A stretch of DNA of 64,000 bases from Candidatus Aenigmatarchaeota archaeon (GTDB lineage Archaea; Aenigmatarchaeota; Aenigmatarchaeia; Aenigmatarchaeales; Aenigmatarchaeaceae): the NCBI GenBank assembly GCA_043802485.1, contig JAZDKZ010000007.1:50457-114456 (forward strand), in the 5' to 3' direction. Both the position numbers and the translations under genes were made by a program. The notes under the pieces are model-generated. The model was not told the DNA's origin and ran no database searches. It was given only the letters and a program-made list of their open reading frames with translations. Of this stretch, positions 29,789-39,327 are shown one piece after another; the stretch's first letter is position 1, and the number at the start of each line of letters is the position of its first letter.

Positions 29789-30913
29789 ATGAAAGGCTTT
29801 GTATACCTGCTGGAGATAGCCGTGACGTCCATACTCATAGTGGTGATACTAAGCACGTTCTTCGGGATAAGAGTGAAGCAGAACTGGGACACCTCTGACT
29901 TGATAGGCGTAGGCAACAACATAATAAACTACCTAGACAAGGACGAAAGCTTCTTCCTGAAAGTTCTTGAAAAGAATTTCACCTACATCGAAAGCACAAA
30001 GCCTGCCAACATAGGCTACGGTGTTAAGGTAAGGGGCTCCCCAAAAACAGAGATAATCGTTGGATGCACGCAGTCTCCTCTCTACCAATACACAGAAAGC
30101 ATTCTTACTCCCGCATATGTCAACAACAGGTTCATCACATTCATTATGGAGGATTATGACATAAGGAATGACATACCAAACCATCTTGACGCCATTGTCC
30201 TTATCAACTTTACAAACTATACGATAGAGAAGGATAAGATACTGAAATATCTTGACGAGGGCGGTGTTGTCATCGGGATAAATGCAACCAATGTAAACAA
30301 CAACGCTGATTTCAACGAAATATTCGGTCTATCATCTCCGGGATTCCCGAGCGGTGCGAACACATTCGTTCCATATAATCCTTCAAAAGAGGATGTGGAA
30401 AAGTACTTTATGGGAATAGGCTTCGATGTTACGGATGAATGGTACATATGGGAAGAGCGATGGACAGTCACATATGGTTCAAATTACATAAATGTATCAA
30501 AGGGTGGCGAGGAAAGAAACTTCCTGAATAAAGGAGAAACGTTTGACTTGAACGGCCACACGTTCAAGGTGAACAGAATAGGTTCTGGAGAAGCCAACAT
30601 CCAAGCTACCAGAACAGGATTCATCTTTGAAGATTTTTCTGATTTAAATGATGTGCAGGGCAATAAGATAGTGGGACCTGGAAGCGCAGCATCAATGGCG
30701 TCCAACGGGAAGGCGATATGGATATCTGACTTTCCCTGGAGCGACGAGTACAGAACCCTGGTAAAGTCTGCCATAATCTCGAGAAACGACGAGTGGACTG
30801 CCAGAGGAGTTTACACGACAAGGGAAACCACGACAGTTTCATCGTTCTTTTCCCTTTGCTGCGACATGACCGAGGTCTCGGAACTAGAGTTAACATTGTG
30901 GTATGTGGTATGA
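29789..30913 (+). CDS. Large pilin-like protein
   Basis: 'MKG|FVYLLEIAVTSILIV'. Confidence 0.72.
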   Translation: MKGFVYLLEIAVTSILIVVILSTFFGIRVKQNWDTSDLIGVGNNIINYLDKDESFFLKVLEKNFTYIESTKPANIGYGVKVRGSPKTEIIVGCTQSPLYQYTESILTPAYVNNRFITFIMEDYDIRNDIPNHLDAIVLINFTNYTIEKDKILKYLDEGGVVIGINATNVNNNADFNEIFGLSSPGFPSGANTFVPYNPSKEDVEKYFMGIGFDVTDEWYIWEERWTVTYGSNYINVSKGGEERNFLNKGETFDLNGHTFKVNRIGSGEANIQATRTGFIFEDFSDLNDVQGNKIVGPGSAASMASNGKAIWISDFPWSDEYRTLVKSAIISRNDEWTARGVYTTRETTTVSSFFSLCCDMTEVSELELTLWYVV

Positions 30914-31542
30914 AATTCTGTTTCGTATGTGGGAAGAAGACTAACGAGCTTGTAGACGGGTACTGTGAAGACTGCTACAATGACAAGTTTAGCCTGCTGA
31001 AAGTGCCGAAGGAATTGACTGTCAAGATGTGCACCAGGTGCAACATGATAAAGCACAGGAACAGGTGGATGGATATAAAGGTAGAGGACGTCCTGAGAGA
31101 CAAGATAGAAGTTCTTGGTAGGGCGGTGGACCTGAAGATAGATATTGATGACAATATAACGATAAAGGCTAAAGGCTTTCTAAAGGATTGCAAGAAATCA
31201 AAAAAGGAAAGCTATGACATAAGGCTGAAAATAAACAAGATAGTATGCCCCACATGCTCCAGAGCCTCTGGAGGGTACTATGAGGCAATAATACAGTTGA
31301 GAGGAAAAACAGAAGAAGCCATGGATTTCCTGGTCGACCAGGCTGTCAAGGAACAGAAAAACTACAGAGCAGAACAGAAAGGCAGATGTTTCGACGTGTA
31401 CATCATGGACAAGCACTTTGCCAACAGCGTAGCAAACGCGATGATAAAGAGATTCAAGGCCAGAATCAAGAAGAGTTTCAGGATTGTCACGAAAAAAGAA
31501 GGGAAAGATATTTATAGGAGCGTAATTGTAGTAAGGATTTAG
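30910..31542 (+). CDS. NMD3 family protein
   Basis: 'FCFVCGK...CEDC...CTRC...CPTCSR..GGYYEAIIQLR'; start at ATG 30910. Confidence 0.88.
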   Translation: MKFCFVCGKKTNELVDGYCEDCYNDKFSLLKVPKELTVKMCTRCNMIKHRNRWMDIKVEDVLRDKIEVLGRAVDLKIDIDDNITIKAKGFLKDCKKSKKESYDIRLKINKIVCPTCSRASGGYYEAIIQLRGKTEEAMDFLVDQAVKEQKNYRAEQKGRCFDVYIMDKHFANSVANAMIKRFKARIKKSFRIVTKKEGKDIYRSVIVVRI

Positions 31543-31549
31543 TGTTTGA

Positions 31550-31852
31550 ATGGAAGAGGAAGTAATAAGAGTAAGAACGCCTAGGGAAGGGGAAGTACTG
31601 GGAATAGTTCTGGCTCTTTTAGGTGGCGGCAGGATGGAAGTCAGCTGCAACGACGGCCTGACAAGAATCTGCAGGATACCGGGGCGCATGAGGAGAAGAA
31701 TGTGGATAAAGCCAGGCTATCTTGTCCTTGTGCAACCGTGGGTGGTCCAGGCAGATGAGAGAGCCGACGTGATATGGAAGTACTCCAAGGCGCAGTCCGA
31801 ATGGCTGCAAAAGAAAGGCTTTCTGAAGAAGATATCGCTTGACAGCGTCTGA
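31550..31852 (+). CDS. eif1a: Translation initiation factor aIF-1A
   Basis: 'LGGGRMEVSCNDG.TRICRIPGRMRRRMWI'. Confidence 0.95.
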   Translation: MEEEVIRVRTPREGEVLGIVLALLGGGRMEVSCNDGLTRICRIPGRMRRRMWIKPGYLVLVQPWVVQADERADVIWKYSKAQSEWLQKKGFLKKISLDSV

Positions 31853-31889
31853 TTTTTTAATAATCAATTCTAAATAACTTTGTGGTCAT

Positions 31890-32177
31890 TTGCCCAAAAA
31901 AATCTACGATTATCCTGAAGAGGACAAGCTGGAAATTCTGATTCTGACGAATTCCCCCTGCACCCCGTCCGATATTCTGAAGCTGAGAAAAATACCGGTA
32001 AAACCGGACACGCTGGAGACTATAAAGAAAAGGATGGACGCCCTTTGCAGCAAGGGATTAGCAAAGAAGCGGACAATCTCAAAGGCCAACGTCTACTGGC
32101 ACATTAGCATAGAGGAGTACAAGAAAAAGGTCCTCTCGGAAGCGATAAACAAACTGATAAAGGCCAGAAGCAAGTGA
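31890..32177 (+). CDS. Small putative winged-helix protein
   Basis: TTG start; helix-turn-helix plus 'GLAKKRTISKANVYW' wing. Confidence 0.55.
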   Translation: MPKKIYDYPEEDKLEILILTNSPCTPSDILKLRKIPVKPDTLETIKKRMDALCSKGLAKKRTISKANVYWHISIEEYKKKVLSEAINKLIKARSK

Positions 32178-32672
32178 TCATGTCTTTGCCTGCTGAAGGA
32201 AGCCGTAGACTTTGGAGTGCTTCGAGCCCCTTAATATCATGCTGACCGCTTCCCTTGCTACGCCAATCTGCTCATACTTTCCTATTATGGATATGGTCTT
32301 GCCGTAGACAGAGACTGAGCAGCCGCTGAAGCGTTCTATCATTCTCCTGGCCTTGCCATTGGTTCCGATCATCCTAGACCTTATCAGCTTTATCTTGTTG
32401 TCCCTCATGCCTGAAAGCTCTACAATATCAAGAGCCTCGTCCTCGTCGAACAGCCTAAAGGCCTTCTTGGGAGAAAACCCCCTGGCAATAGCCTTTGTTA
32501 CAGTCTTTGCCTGGAAAAGGTTCAGACCCTCGCCGTTGATTTCAACAAGGTTGCCATCAAAACTGAACTTTACGTCATACTCCTTCTCTATCGCCTCCCT
32601 GGCAGGCTTGTCCTTGATGACACGTATCCTGTCCATGGGAACCAGCAAGGTCTCTAAAATTTTTATCACCAA
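32178..32672 (-). CDS. KH-domain rRNA processing protein (Dim2/PNO1)
   Basis: 'KAIARGFSP', 'RMIGTNGKAR', 'GKTISIIG', 'GSKHSKVY'. Confidence 0.9.
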   Translation of the reverse strand: MVIKILETLLVPMDRIRVIKDKPAREAIEKEYDVKFSFDGNLVEINGEGLNLFQAKTVTKAIARGFSPKKAFRLFDEDEALDIVELSGMRDNKIKLIRSRMIGTNGKARRMIERFSGCSVSVYGKTISIIGKYEQIGVAREAVSMILRGSKHSKVYGFLQQAKT

Positions 32673-32830
32673 TTAAACTTTTTCTTTCACACCTATTAAA
32701 ATGTTGATATTAACGCAAAAACTAATTTATACTAGAGACGAGTATATCTATTAGAAAACAAAACTTGGCTTCTAGAGTCGGAAAAACTTTAAAAGTAACA
32801 ACTCCAAAATAAATTGAATCAAGTGATAAG

Positions 32831-34393
32831 ATGGAAGGAAAGACGGTAGGCGCTGACGAGCTCTCAAAGAATCTCAAAGAGATATCTGTTGCAGAATTCT
32901 TCGAAAAGAACAGGCACCTGCTGGGCTATGAGAACACCACTAAATCCATGCTCACCGTGATAAAGGAGCTGGTGGACAACTCCATCGACGCATGCGAGGA
33001 GGCCAGGATACTTCCTGACATAAAGGTTTCTGTCAAACCGACAGAAGAAAACAAGTACCGAATAGAAGTAGAGGACAACGGACCTGGCATAGTTGAGGAG
33101 AAGCTGCACCTGGCATTCGGCAAGCTGCTGTACGGCAGCAAGTTCCACAGGTTGAGGCAGGCAAGGGGAACGCAGGGCATCGGGGTCTCAGGAGCCATAT
33201 TATATTCGCAACTCACGACAGGAAGGACGACCAAACTGATTTCAAGCACAGGAAAGGACATCATAGAGCTGGACATGACCATCGACGTCGTGAGAAACCA
33301 GCCTCACATCATTTCTTCCAAGAAGACGAAGAACCCTGACAAGTGGCACGGCATAAAGATAGAACTGGAGATCGAGGGAAGGTACATTGAAAAGGGCCAG
33401 TCCATTCCAGAGTACCTGAAGCAGACAGCCATAATGAACCCTTATGCTAAAATAGTCTATGACGGACCGAACGGCAAGACTGTATTCTCAAGAGCAACGC
33501 AAGAGATGCCCAAGCTGCCGAAGGAGATAAAGCCGCACCCATACGGGGTGGAGCTGGGCATCCTGAGAAGGATGGCAAGGACATCAAAAGACAAGAACAT
33601 GAAGACTTTCTTGAGAAAGAACTTTTCAAGAATAGGCAGCTCTTCCGCCGACCAGATACTGAAGCTGGCAAAGATAGACGAGAAGATAAAGCCTTCAGAA
33701 CTCAGACACCAAGACATCGTCGGCCTGCACAAGTCCATGCAGAAGGTAAAGCTAATTGCTCCCTCAACCGACTGCCTATCGCAGCTGGGAGAGAACCTGA
33801 TAGAGAAAGGCCTGAAGAAGGAAATACAGGCAGAGCACTTTGTGTCAATAACAAGGTCTCCCACAGTCTACCAGGGAAGACCCTTTGCAGTAGAGGTCGG
33901 CCTGGCCTATGGCGGCGATCTCAATGCAAAGAACTCTGCAGAGCTGCTCAGGTTTGCCAACAAGGTCCCACTCATGTACCACCAGGGCGACTGCGCAATA
34001 TCAGATGCTGTGAAAAGCCTTGACTGGAGAAGGTACGGTCTACAGCAGTCATCCGGCTCGATGCCCAACGGCCCTATGATAATTCTAGTTCATTTCGCAT
34101 CAGTCTGGGTGCCCTTCACATCAGAAGGCAAGCAGGCAATAGCAAGCTATCCGGAAATAATAAAGGAGATCAAACTGGCCCTGCAGGATGCAGGAAGGAA
34201 GCTGAAGACATTCATCTCTAAAAAGAGAAGAAACAAAGAGATTGCGATGAGGCAGAACCTCTTCGAAAAGTACATACCAGAGGTTGCGGAGAGCCTGGAA
34301 AAGCTGTCAGGAGAGAAGAAGGAGAAGATAATAAAGGGTCTGGAAAAGATTCTAAAGAATGAGGATGAAAATGGTGAAAAAAAGAAAAGCTGA
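32831..34393 (+). CDS. top6B: DNA topoisomerase VI subunit B
   Basis: 'AEFFEKNRHLLG', 'KELVDNSIDACE', 'DNGPG', 'RFANKVPL'. Confidence 0.97.
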   Translation: MEGKTVGADELSKNLKEISVAEFFEKNRHLLGYENTTKSMLTVIKELVDNSIDACEEARILPDIKVSVKPTEENKYRIEVEDNGPGIVEEKLHLAFGKLLYGSKFHRLRQARGTQGIGVSGAILYSQLTTGRTTKLISSTGKDIIELDMTIDVVRNQPHIISSKKTKNPDKWHGIKIELEIEGRYIEKGQSIPEYLKQTAIMNPYAKIVYDGPNGKTVFSRATQEMPKLPKEIKPHPYGVELGILRRMARTSKDKNMKTFLRKNFSRIGSSSADQILKLAKIDEKIKPSELRHQDIVGLHKSMQKVKLIAPSTDCLSQLGENLIEKGLKKEIQAEHFVSITRSPTVYQGRPFAVEVGLAYGGDLNAKNSAELLRFANKVPLMYHQGDCAISDAVKSLDWRRYGLQQSSGSMPNGPMIILVHFASVWVPFTSEGKQAIASYPEIIKEIKLALQDAGRKLKTFISKKRRNKEIAMRQNLFEKYIPEVAESLEKLSGEKKEKIIKGLEKILKNEDENGEKKKS

Positions 34394-35456
34394 TGAACAG
34401 CTCGTAAAGCTGGGTAAGGATATTGTAAAGGATATCGACCAGAAGAAGAACCCGTCGTTGGAGATACCTGTGAGGTCGTTGTCTAATACTATCTTCGACC
34501 AGAAGAGTAGGATACTGACCTTGGGGAACAGTACTTCAAAGAGATATTTCTTTAATGTTGCTCACATCAAAAAGTTCGTGCAGACCATAGAGGCTGCTGC
34601 AACTGCCAAGGAACTGGTGGAAGTTCAAAAGCACCTCAGCCTGAGAGAAGTCTACTACAGGATAAAGAGGACCCTGCCTGGTTCCAACATAGACCTTGTC
34701 GAGCATCAGGACGAGTCCAACAAGGCGATAGAGGACCTGGAGCTGATAACTTCCTTGTCAAGGGAGCAGATGCACATCAACGCCAACAAGATGGGCTCTG
34801 TTGCAGGCAATGTCATAGTAAAGGACAAGGGAGACCTCGTGAACTGGGCAAAGCTGGGCAGCGGCGGATGGTCTATACCTTCCAATGTGGAGGAGATAGA
34901 GTTCAAGAAGGTTGACGCCAAGTTCGTGATATACATGGAAAAGGCGGCCGAATGGGAGAGGCTGCATGAAGATAAGGTTTGGCAGAAGCTGAACTGCATA
35001 ATAATGTCATCCCAGGGCCAGTCGACAAGAGGCGTGAGAAGGCTGCTGCAGAGATTGAACCTGGAGCACAAGCTGCCCGTCTATGTGCTGACCGACTTTG
35101 ACCCGTGGGGATTCTACATCTACTCTGTCCTCAAGTTCGGGTCTATATCTTTGGCTCACATATCGGACAGGCTGACCATACCCAATGCAAGGTTCCTCGG
35201 TCTGACAGGAGAGGACATAAAAAACTTTGGCCTGGAGAAGCACATCATAAAGTTCAAGGACGTTGACGCCAAGAGGCTGAAGGACATGGGCAAGTACGAC
35301 TGGTTCAAGGACCACAAGGCATGGCAGAAACAGTTCCAACTCATGAAGAACATGAACGGCAAGGTGGAACTGGCAGCGCTGTCGTCAAAGGGCATATCGT
35401 TCATATCAGACGTCTACATCCCGAAGAAAATCAAGAACAATGAATGGATAAATTAG
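34359..35456 (+). CDS. top6A: DNA topoisomerase VI subunit A
   Basis: Catalytic 'LREVYY'; TOPRIM 'EK' and 'TDFDPWG'. Confidence 0.96.
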   Translation: MRMKMVKKRKADEQLVKLGKDIVKDIDQKKNPSLEIPVRSLSNTIFDQKSRILTLGNSTSKRYFFNVAHIKKFVQTIEAAATAKELVEVQKHLSLREVYYRIKRTLPGSNIDLVEHQDESNKAIEDLELITSLSREQMHINANKMGSVAGNVIVKDKGDLVNWAKLGSGGWSIPSNVEEIEFKKVDAKFVIYMEKAAEWERLHEDKVWQKLNCIIMSSQGQSTRGVRRLLQRLNLEHKLPVYVLTDFDPWGFYIYSVLKFGSISLAHISDRLTIPNARFLGLTGEDIKNFGLEKHIIKFKDVDAKRLKDMGKYDWFKDHKAWQKQFQLMKNMNGKVELAALSSKGISFISDVYIPKKIKNNEWIN

Positions 35457-35569
35457 AATTTTTTTCTGAGAAAATTTTAGACATAATTTTATATATCAAA
35501 AAATGTTATTCTTAATTACGAATAATAAAAATTATTCGTGATATTTTTCAAAAAATTGAGGTGTAAAAA

Positions 35570-35620
35570 ATGGCAGCAAAGAAGAAAGCAAAGAAAACAA
35601 CAAAGAAAAAGAAGAGATAG
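35570..35620 (+). CDS. 16-aa Lys-rich micropeptide MAAKKKAKKTTKKKKR
   Basis: SD GAGGTG at 35558-35563; AT-rich TATA-like region upstream; not in the ORF track. Confidence 0.55.
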   Translation: MAAKKKAKKTTKKKKR

Positions 35621-35768
35621 TGTTTCGTGATTTTTGACCCGATGCAAAGATGACGGTCCTTGACTTGTTTTTAACTTCCTTTTTTCTCGTCTTGATTTTT
35701 ACTCTTGTTCTTCGCTTGGTAAACAACATTAAAAAGCTTAAATATTATTATTTCTTTATCAGTTGTAT

Positions 35769-35842
35769 GGGACAGTAGCTCAGCCTGGGAGAGCGCACGG
35801 CTGAAGACCGTGATGTCGCGTGTTCAAATCACGCCTGTCCCA
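35769..35842 (+). tRNA. tRNA-Phe(GAA), intronless
   Basis: GGGACAG/CTGTCCC acceptor; CACGG-CTGAAGA-CCGTG arm. Confidence 0.95.
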
Positions 35843-37466
35843 CTTTTTTCTTTTTCAAGGCAGCCTTGACCAAACCGTCGAACATAGGAGAGGGCTTTGT
35901 GGGTCTTGACTTGAACTCTGGATGGGACTGTGTGGCAACAAAAAAGGGATGGTTCTCCAATTCCAGAAACTCCATGAGAATCCCATTAGGAGATATCCCG
36001 GAAAAAACAAGACCATTCTTCTCAAGAGCCTCGATATAGTCAGGGTTGACCTCGTACCTGTGCCTGTGCCTCTCGAAGATATTCTCGCTGCCGTAAAGGC
36101 TTTTCACTATTGTTCCTTCCTTTAGAAGAGCTGGATAAGAACCGAGACGCATGGTACCGCCGTACCGAGAGTCCTTTATTATGCTGGCCTGCTCTGGTAT
36201 AAAGTCTATGACAGGATATTCCGTATCAGGGTTGAACTCTGTAGAATCGGCACCATTCAGATTGCAGATGTTCCTGGCAAATTCAATAACAGCAAGCTGC
36301 ATGCCTAGGCACAGACCAAGGAAGGGTATCTTTTTCTCCCTTGCGTATTTTATCGAAAGTATCTTGCCCTCGATTCCAGACTTGCCGAAACCGCCCGGAA
36401 CTATCAGACAGTCAACATCGTCAAGAAACGAAAGTCTTTGAGAACTGTCCTCGAACTCTTTGGAGTCTATCCATAGAATATCAGACTTTACATTGTTGTT
36501 GAAGCAGGCGTGCTTGACAGCCTCTATGACAGAGATGTAAGAATCCTGCAGGTTAAAGTCGCCTATGTCAAAGTACTTGCCGACAATGCCTACTTTCAGT
36601 TTCTTTTCAAGGCCCTTGACTTTTCTGACAAACTCTCTCCATTCAGTCATGTCATTCTTCCTTGCTTTCAGACCAAGCTTTTCCAGCATCCTGTCTCCCA
36701 TGTTCTGCTCCTCAAGAACCAGCGGCACCTCATAAATGCAATCAACATCATGGTTAGATATTACGTCCTCCTTCTTTACATTGCAGAACATGGCTATCTT
36801 CTCTTTCCTGACATTGTCTACTCTGACCTCTGACCTGCCTATGATAAAGTCAGGTTGTATGCCAATCTCTAGCAGCTGCCTTGTAGACGTCTGGACCGGC
36901 TTGGTTTTCTGCTCGCCGACATTCCTCAGTATCGGCAGGTAGCTGACGTGGACAAAAAGAACATTGTCCCCATCTAGTTTCATCTGCCTTGCGGCCTCAA
37001 AATAGATTATGTTCTGATACTCGCCCACTGTCCCGCCTATCTCGACAAGAACGACATTAACCTTGGTGTCGTCAGCCACTTTCCTTATCCTCCTCTTCAC
37101 CTCATCCGTAACATGGGGTATCATCTCGACTGTCTTCCCCAGGTACTCGCCCTTCCTCTCCCTCTTTATTACCATTTCGTATATCTGGCCTGTTGTTATG
37201 TTCTGGCATTTGGGTATGTTGACGTCAAGGAACCTCTCATAGTTGCCCAGGTCCTGATCAATCTCACCGCCGTCTTCGGTAACCCACACCTCTCCGTGCT
37301 CTGTCGGCCTCAGCGTTCCGGCATCAACATTGAGATACGGATCTATCTTGATGGCTGTGACGGAAAAGCCTCTTGACTGGAGAAGCTTTCCCATAGAAGC
37401 TGTCGTGATGCCTTTGCCCAGACCGGAAAGAACGCCGCCAATCACAAAGATGAAACTACTGGGCAT
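35829..37466 (-). CDS. pyrG: CTP synthase
   Basis: 'GGVLSGLGKG', 'KIDPYLNVDAGT', 'GLCLGMQ', 'ERHRHRYE', 'QSHPEF'. Confidence 0.97.
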   Translation of the reverse strand: MPSSFIFVIGGVLSGLGKGITTASMGKLLQSRGFSVTAIKIDPYLNVDAGTLRPTEHGEVWVTEDGGEIDQDLGNYERFLDVNIPKCQNITTGQIYEMVIKRERKGEYLGKTVEMIPHVTDEVKRRIRKVADDTKVNVVLVEIGGTVGEYQNIIYFEAARQMKLDGDNVLFVHVSYLPILRNVGEQKTKPVQTSTRQLLEIGIQPDFIIGRSEVRVDNVRKEKIAMFCNVKKEDVISNHDVDCIYEVPLVLEEQNMGDRMLEKLGLKARKNDMTEWREFVRKVKGLEKKLKVGIVGKYFDIGDFNLQDSYISVIEAVKHACFNNNVKSDILWIDSKEFEDSSQRLSFLDDVDCLIVPGGFGKSGIEGKILSIKYAREKKIPFLGLCLGMQLAVIEFARNICNLNGADSTEFNPDTEYPVIDFIPEQASIIKDSRYGGTMRLGSYPALLKEGTIVKSLYGSENIFERHRHRYEVNPDYIEALEKNGLVFSGISPNGILMEFLELENHPFFVATQSHPEFKSRPTKPSPMFDGLVKAALKKKKVGQA

Positions 37467-37532
37467 AATATATTATGTAATCAGAAAAACTTAAAGGTAT
37501 TTAAATTTAAGATGTGAAATATTTTTGATTAT

Positions 37533-38162
37533 ATGGGATTGAAGGAATTCAACTCACTCGTATTGGACGAAAATTACAAGCCTAACATAGAAAACAGTAC
37601 AACGTACAGATTAGAGGAATTAGATTCTCTGACGTTGGATGAGAAACACAAACCCGACATAGAAGGCAGTACAACGGATGGTCTGAAAGAAATAGCTCTT
37701 TTAGGGTATAATGACAAGTGGATATACGTATACAAACTGGATAATTTCATCGATGTTTTCTCTGATATTTTCCAATGCCGTTTCAGCGATTACGATCCAA
37801 GACCAGATAGCATGATGCATGAAAAGTACAAAAAAATGGAGCGCGGCAGCGACTTGCAGTTTAGGATGCTGTTCAAAGAAGGAAAGCACAGGATAAACTG
37901 CCTTGAAATGGGCTTGTTGCCCGAATATGTCGAGATAAAAGACGAAAAGCGTAGAGTGAACATAGCCGGCTGGCCTGTTAAGAGAAAGATGTACAGCGGT
38001 TCGCTCAACAAAAGAGAACCAGAAGAAATAGATTTGTTAACTTTAATCTCGAATTATCTGGGTGCTGTAAACCAGAAAGAAGTTCTAGAGAGGCTAGATA
38101 AGCACATGAAAGAAGAGTGGCAAAAGCTTCATGGAAACAAAAAACCGATCTACAGGGTATAG
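37533..38162 (+). CDS. Hypothetical protein with N-terminal tandem repeat
   Basis: 'LKEFNSLVLDENYKPNIENSTT' / 'LEELDSLTLDEKHKPDIEGSTT'. Confidence 0.6.
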   Translation: MGLKEFNSLVLDENYKPNIENSTTYRLEELDSLTLDEKHKPDIEGSTTDGLKEIALLGYNDKWIYVYKLDNFIDVFSDIFQCRFSDYDPRPDSMMHEKYKKMERGSDLQFRMLFKEGKHRINCLEMGLLPEYVEIKDEKRRVNIAGWPVKRKMYSGSLNKREPEEIDLLTLISNYLGAVNQKEVLERLDKHMKEEWQKLHGNKKPIYRV

Positions 38163-38193
38163 ACTTTTTAACATACTTGACCAATTATCTATT

Positions 38194-38742
38194 ATGTTTC
38201 TTCGTATAGTGCCGGTAAGCATTATACCACAAAGGGTTCTGGACATGGTACAAAGCGAGATTGAAACCGTCCTCAGGATAAAGTGCAGGATAATGCCAAA
38301 GCTGGCCATACCAGAGGATTCTTTCAACAGGTGGAGGAAGCAGCACAACGCCGGAACTATCCTAACCAAGCTATCTAGCGAGTCAGCAGTAAAGTTCATA
38401 GACAAGAGCATACCGACTGTGATGTTGATAGACTCTGACCTTTACTATGAAGGGCTGAACTTTGTCTTCAGCCTTGAGAACCCGACCATCAGCTGCTTTA
38501 TCGTTTCGATAGCAAGGATGAGACCAGAGTTCTACGATGAAAAGCCTGATATTAACTTGCTGGCCGAACGAGCCACGAAGGAGGTCATCCATGAGATAGG
38601 GCATCACCTAGGATTGAGGCACTGCACCAACATGGAATGCGTGATGTGCTTCTCGCCTTCGGTGGGCGACATCGACGCAAAGCAAAAGTATTTTTGCGAG
38701 AGCTGCAAGATTAGCCTGATGACAATGGGAGTGAGATTGTGA
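38194..38742 (+). CDS. amzA: Archaemetzincin (M54 zinc metalloprotease)
   Basis: 'KEVIHEIGHHLGLRHC....CVMCFS...D.K...FC..C'. Confidence 0.9.
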   Translation: MFLRIVPVSIIPQRVLDMVQSEIETVLRIKCRIMPKLAIPEDSFNRWRKQHNAGTILTKLSSESAVKFIDKSIPTVMLIDSDLYYEGLNFVFSLENPTISCFIVSIARMRPEFYDEKPDINLLAERATKEVIHEIGHHLGLRHCTNMECVMCFSPSVGDIDAKQKYFCESCKISLMTMGVRL

Positions 38743-38778
38743 TACCAATTTTAAATAGTGTAAAAATATAGTGATTAT

Positions 38779-39327
38779 ATGCCCAAGAAAACAGTCAAAG
38801 CAGAACTGCAGGACAACAGAGCTGTGATATGGAACAGGGACGATGCCAACCGTCTATTCAATGAAGGCTGGTATGGCGAACTGTTCGATGACCGCTTGGA
38901 GCTTTCTCTTGTCGAAGCAACCTTCCTTCTAGATAAGGATAAGATCGATATCAAGAAGGACGGGAAGAAGGTCATGCTCAAGAGCATATACAAGCATGCC
39001 CAGAAGATAGACCCTAGATTTGTCATACGCTACACTGTCTACAAGGACATGAGGGAAAGGGGCCTGCCTGTGAGGACAGGCTTCAAGTTCGGCTGCGATT
39101 TTCGAGTATACGAGAGGGGCGTCGCTCCTGTGAAGAAGGGGCCGAAAGCGCCGCACGAGCACACGAAATGGATAGTGTTCTGCGTGCCAGAGGATTACGC
39201 ATGCTCCTTCCAGGAGCTGTCAAGAGCTGTTCGGCTTGCCCATAACATAAGGTCCAGCATGCTCTGGGCCATAGTCGACAACGAGAATGATGTTACCTAT
39301 TACAACATCAATTACCTTAGCCCGTGA
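38779..39327 (+). CDS. endA: tRNA splicing endonuclease (single-unit length), atypical active site
   Basis: 'LSLVEA.FL', 'VYKDMRERG..VRTGFKFGCDFRVY', 'RLAH', 'AIVD...VTYY'. Confidence 0.92.
   Translation: MPKKTVKAELQDNRAVIWNRDDANRLFNEGWYGELFDDRLELSLVEATFLLDKDKIDIKKDGKKVMLKSIYKHAQKIDPRFVIRYTVYKDMRERGLPVRTGFKFGCDFRVYERGVAPVKKGPKAPHEHTKWIVFCVPEDYACSFQELSRAVRLAHNIRSSMLWAIVDNENDVTYYNINYLSP

Noticed and set aside
35532-35729. 65-aa basic minus-strand ORF
   Set aside because: No SD, antisense to the better-supported micro-ORF, and no recognisable motif; not fully excluded.
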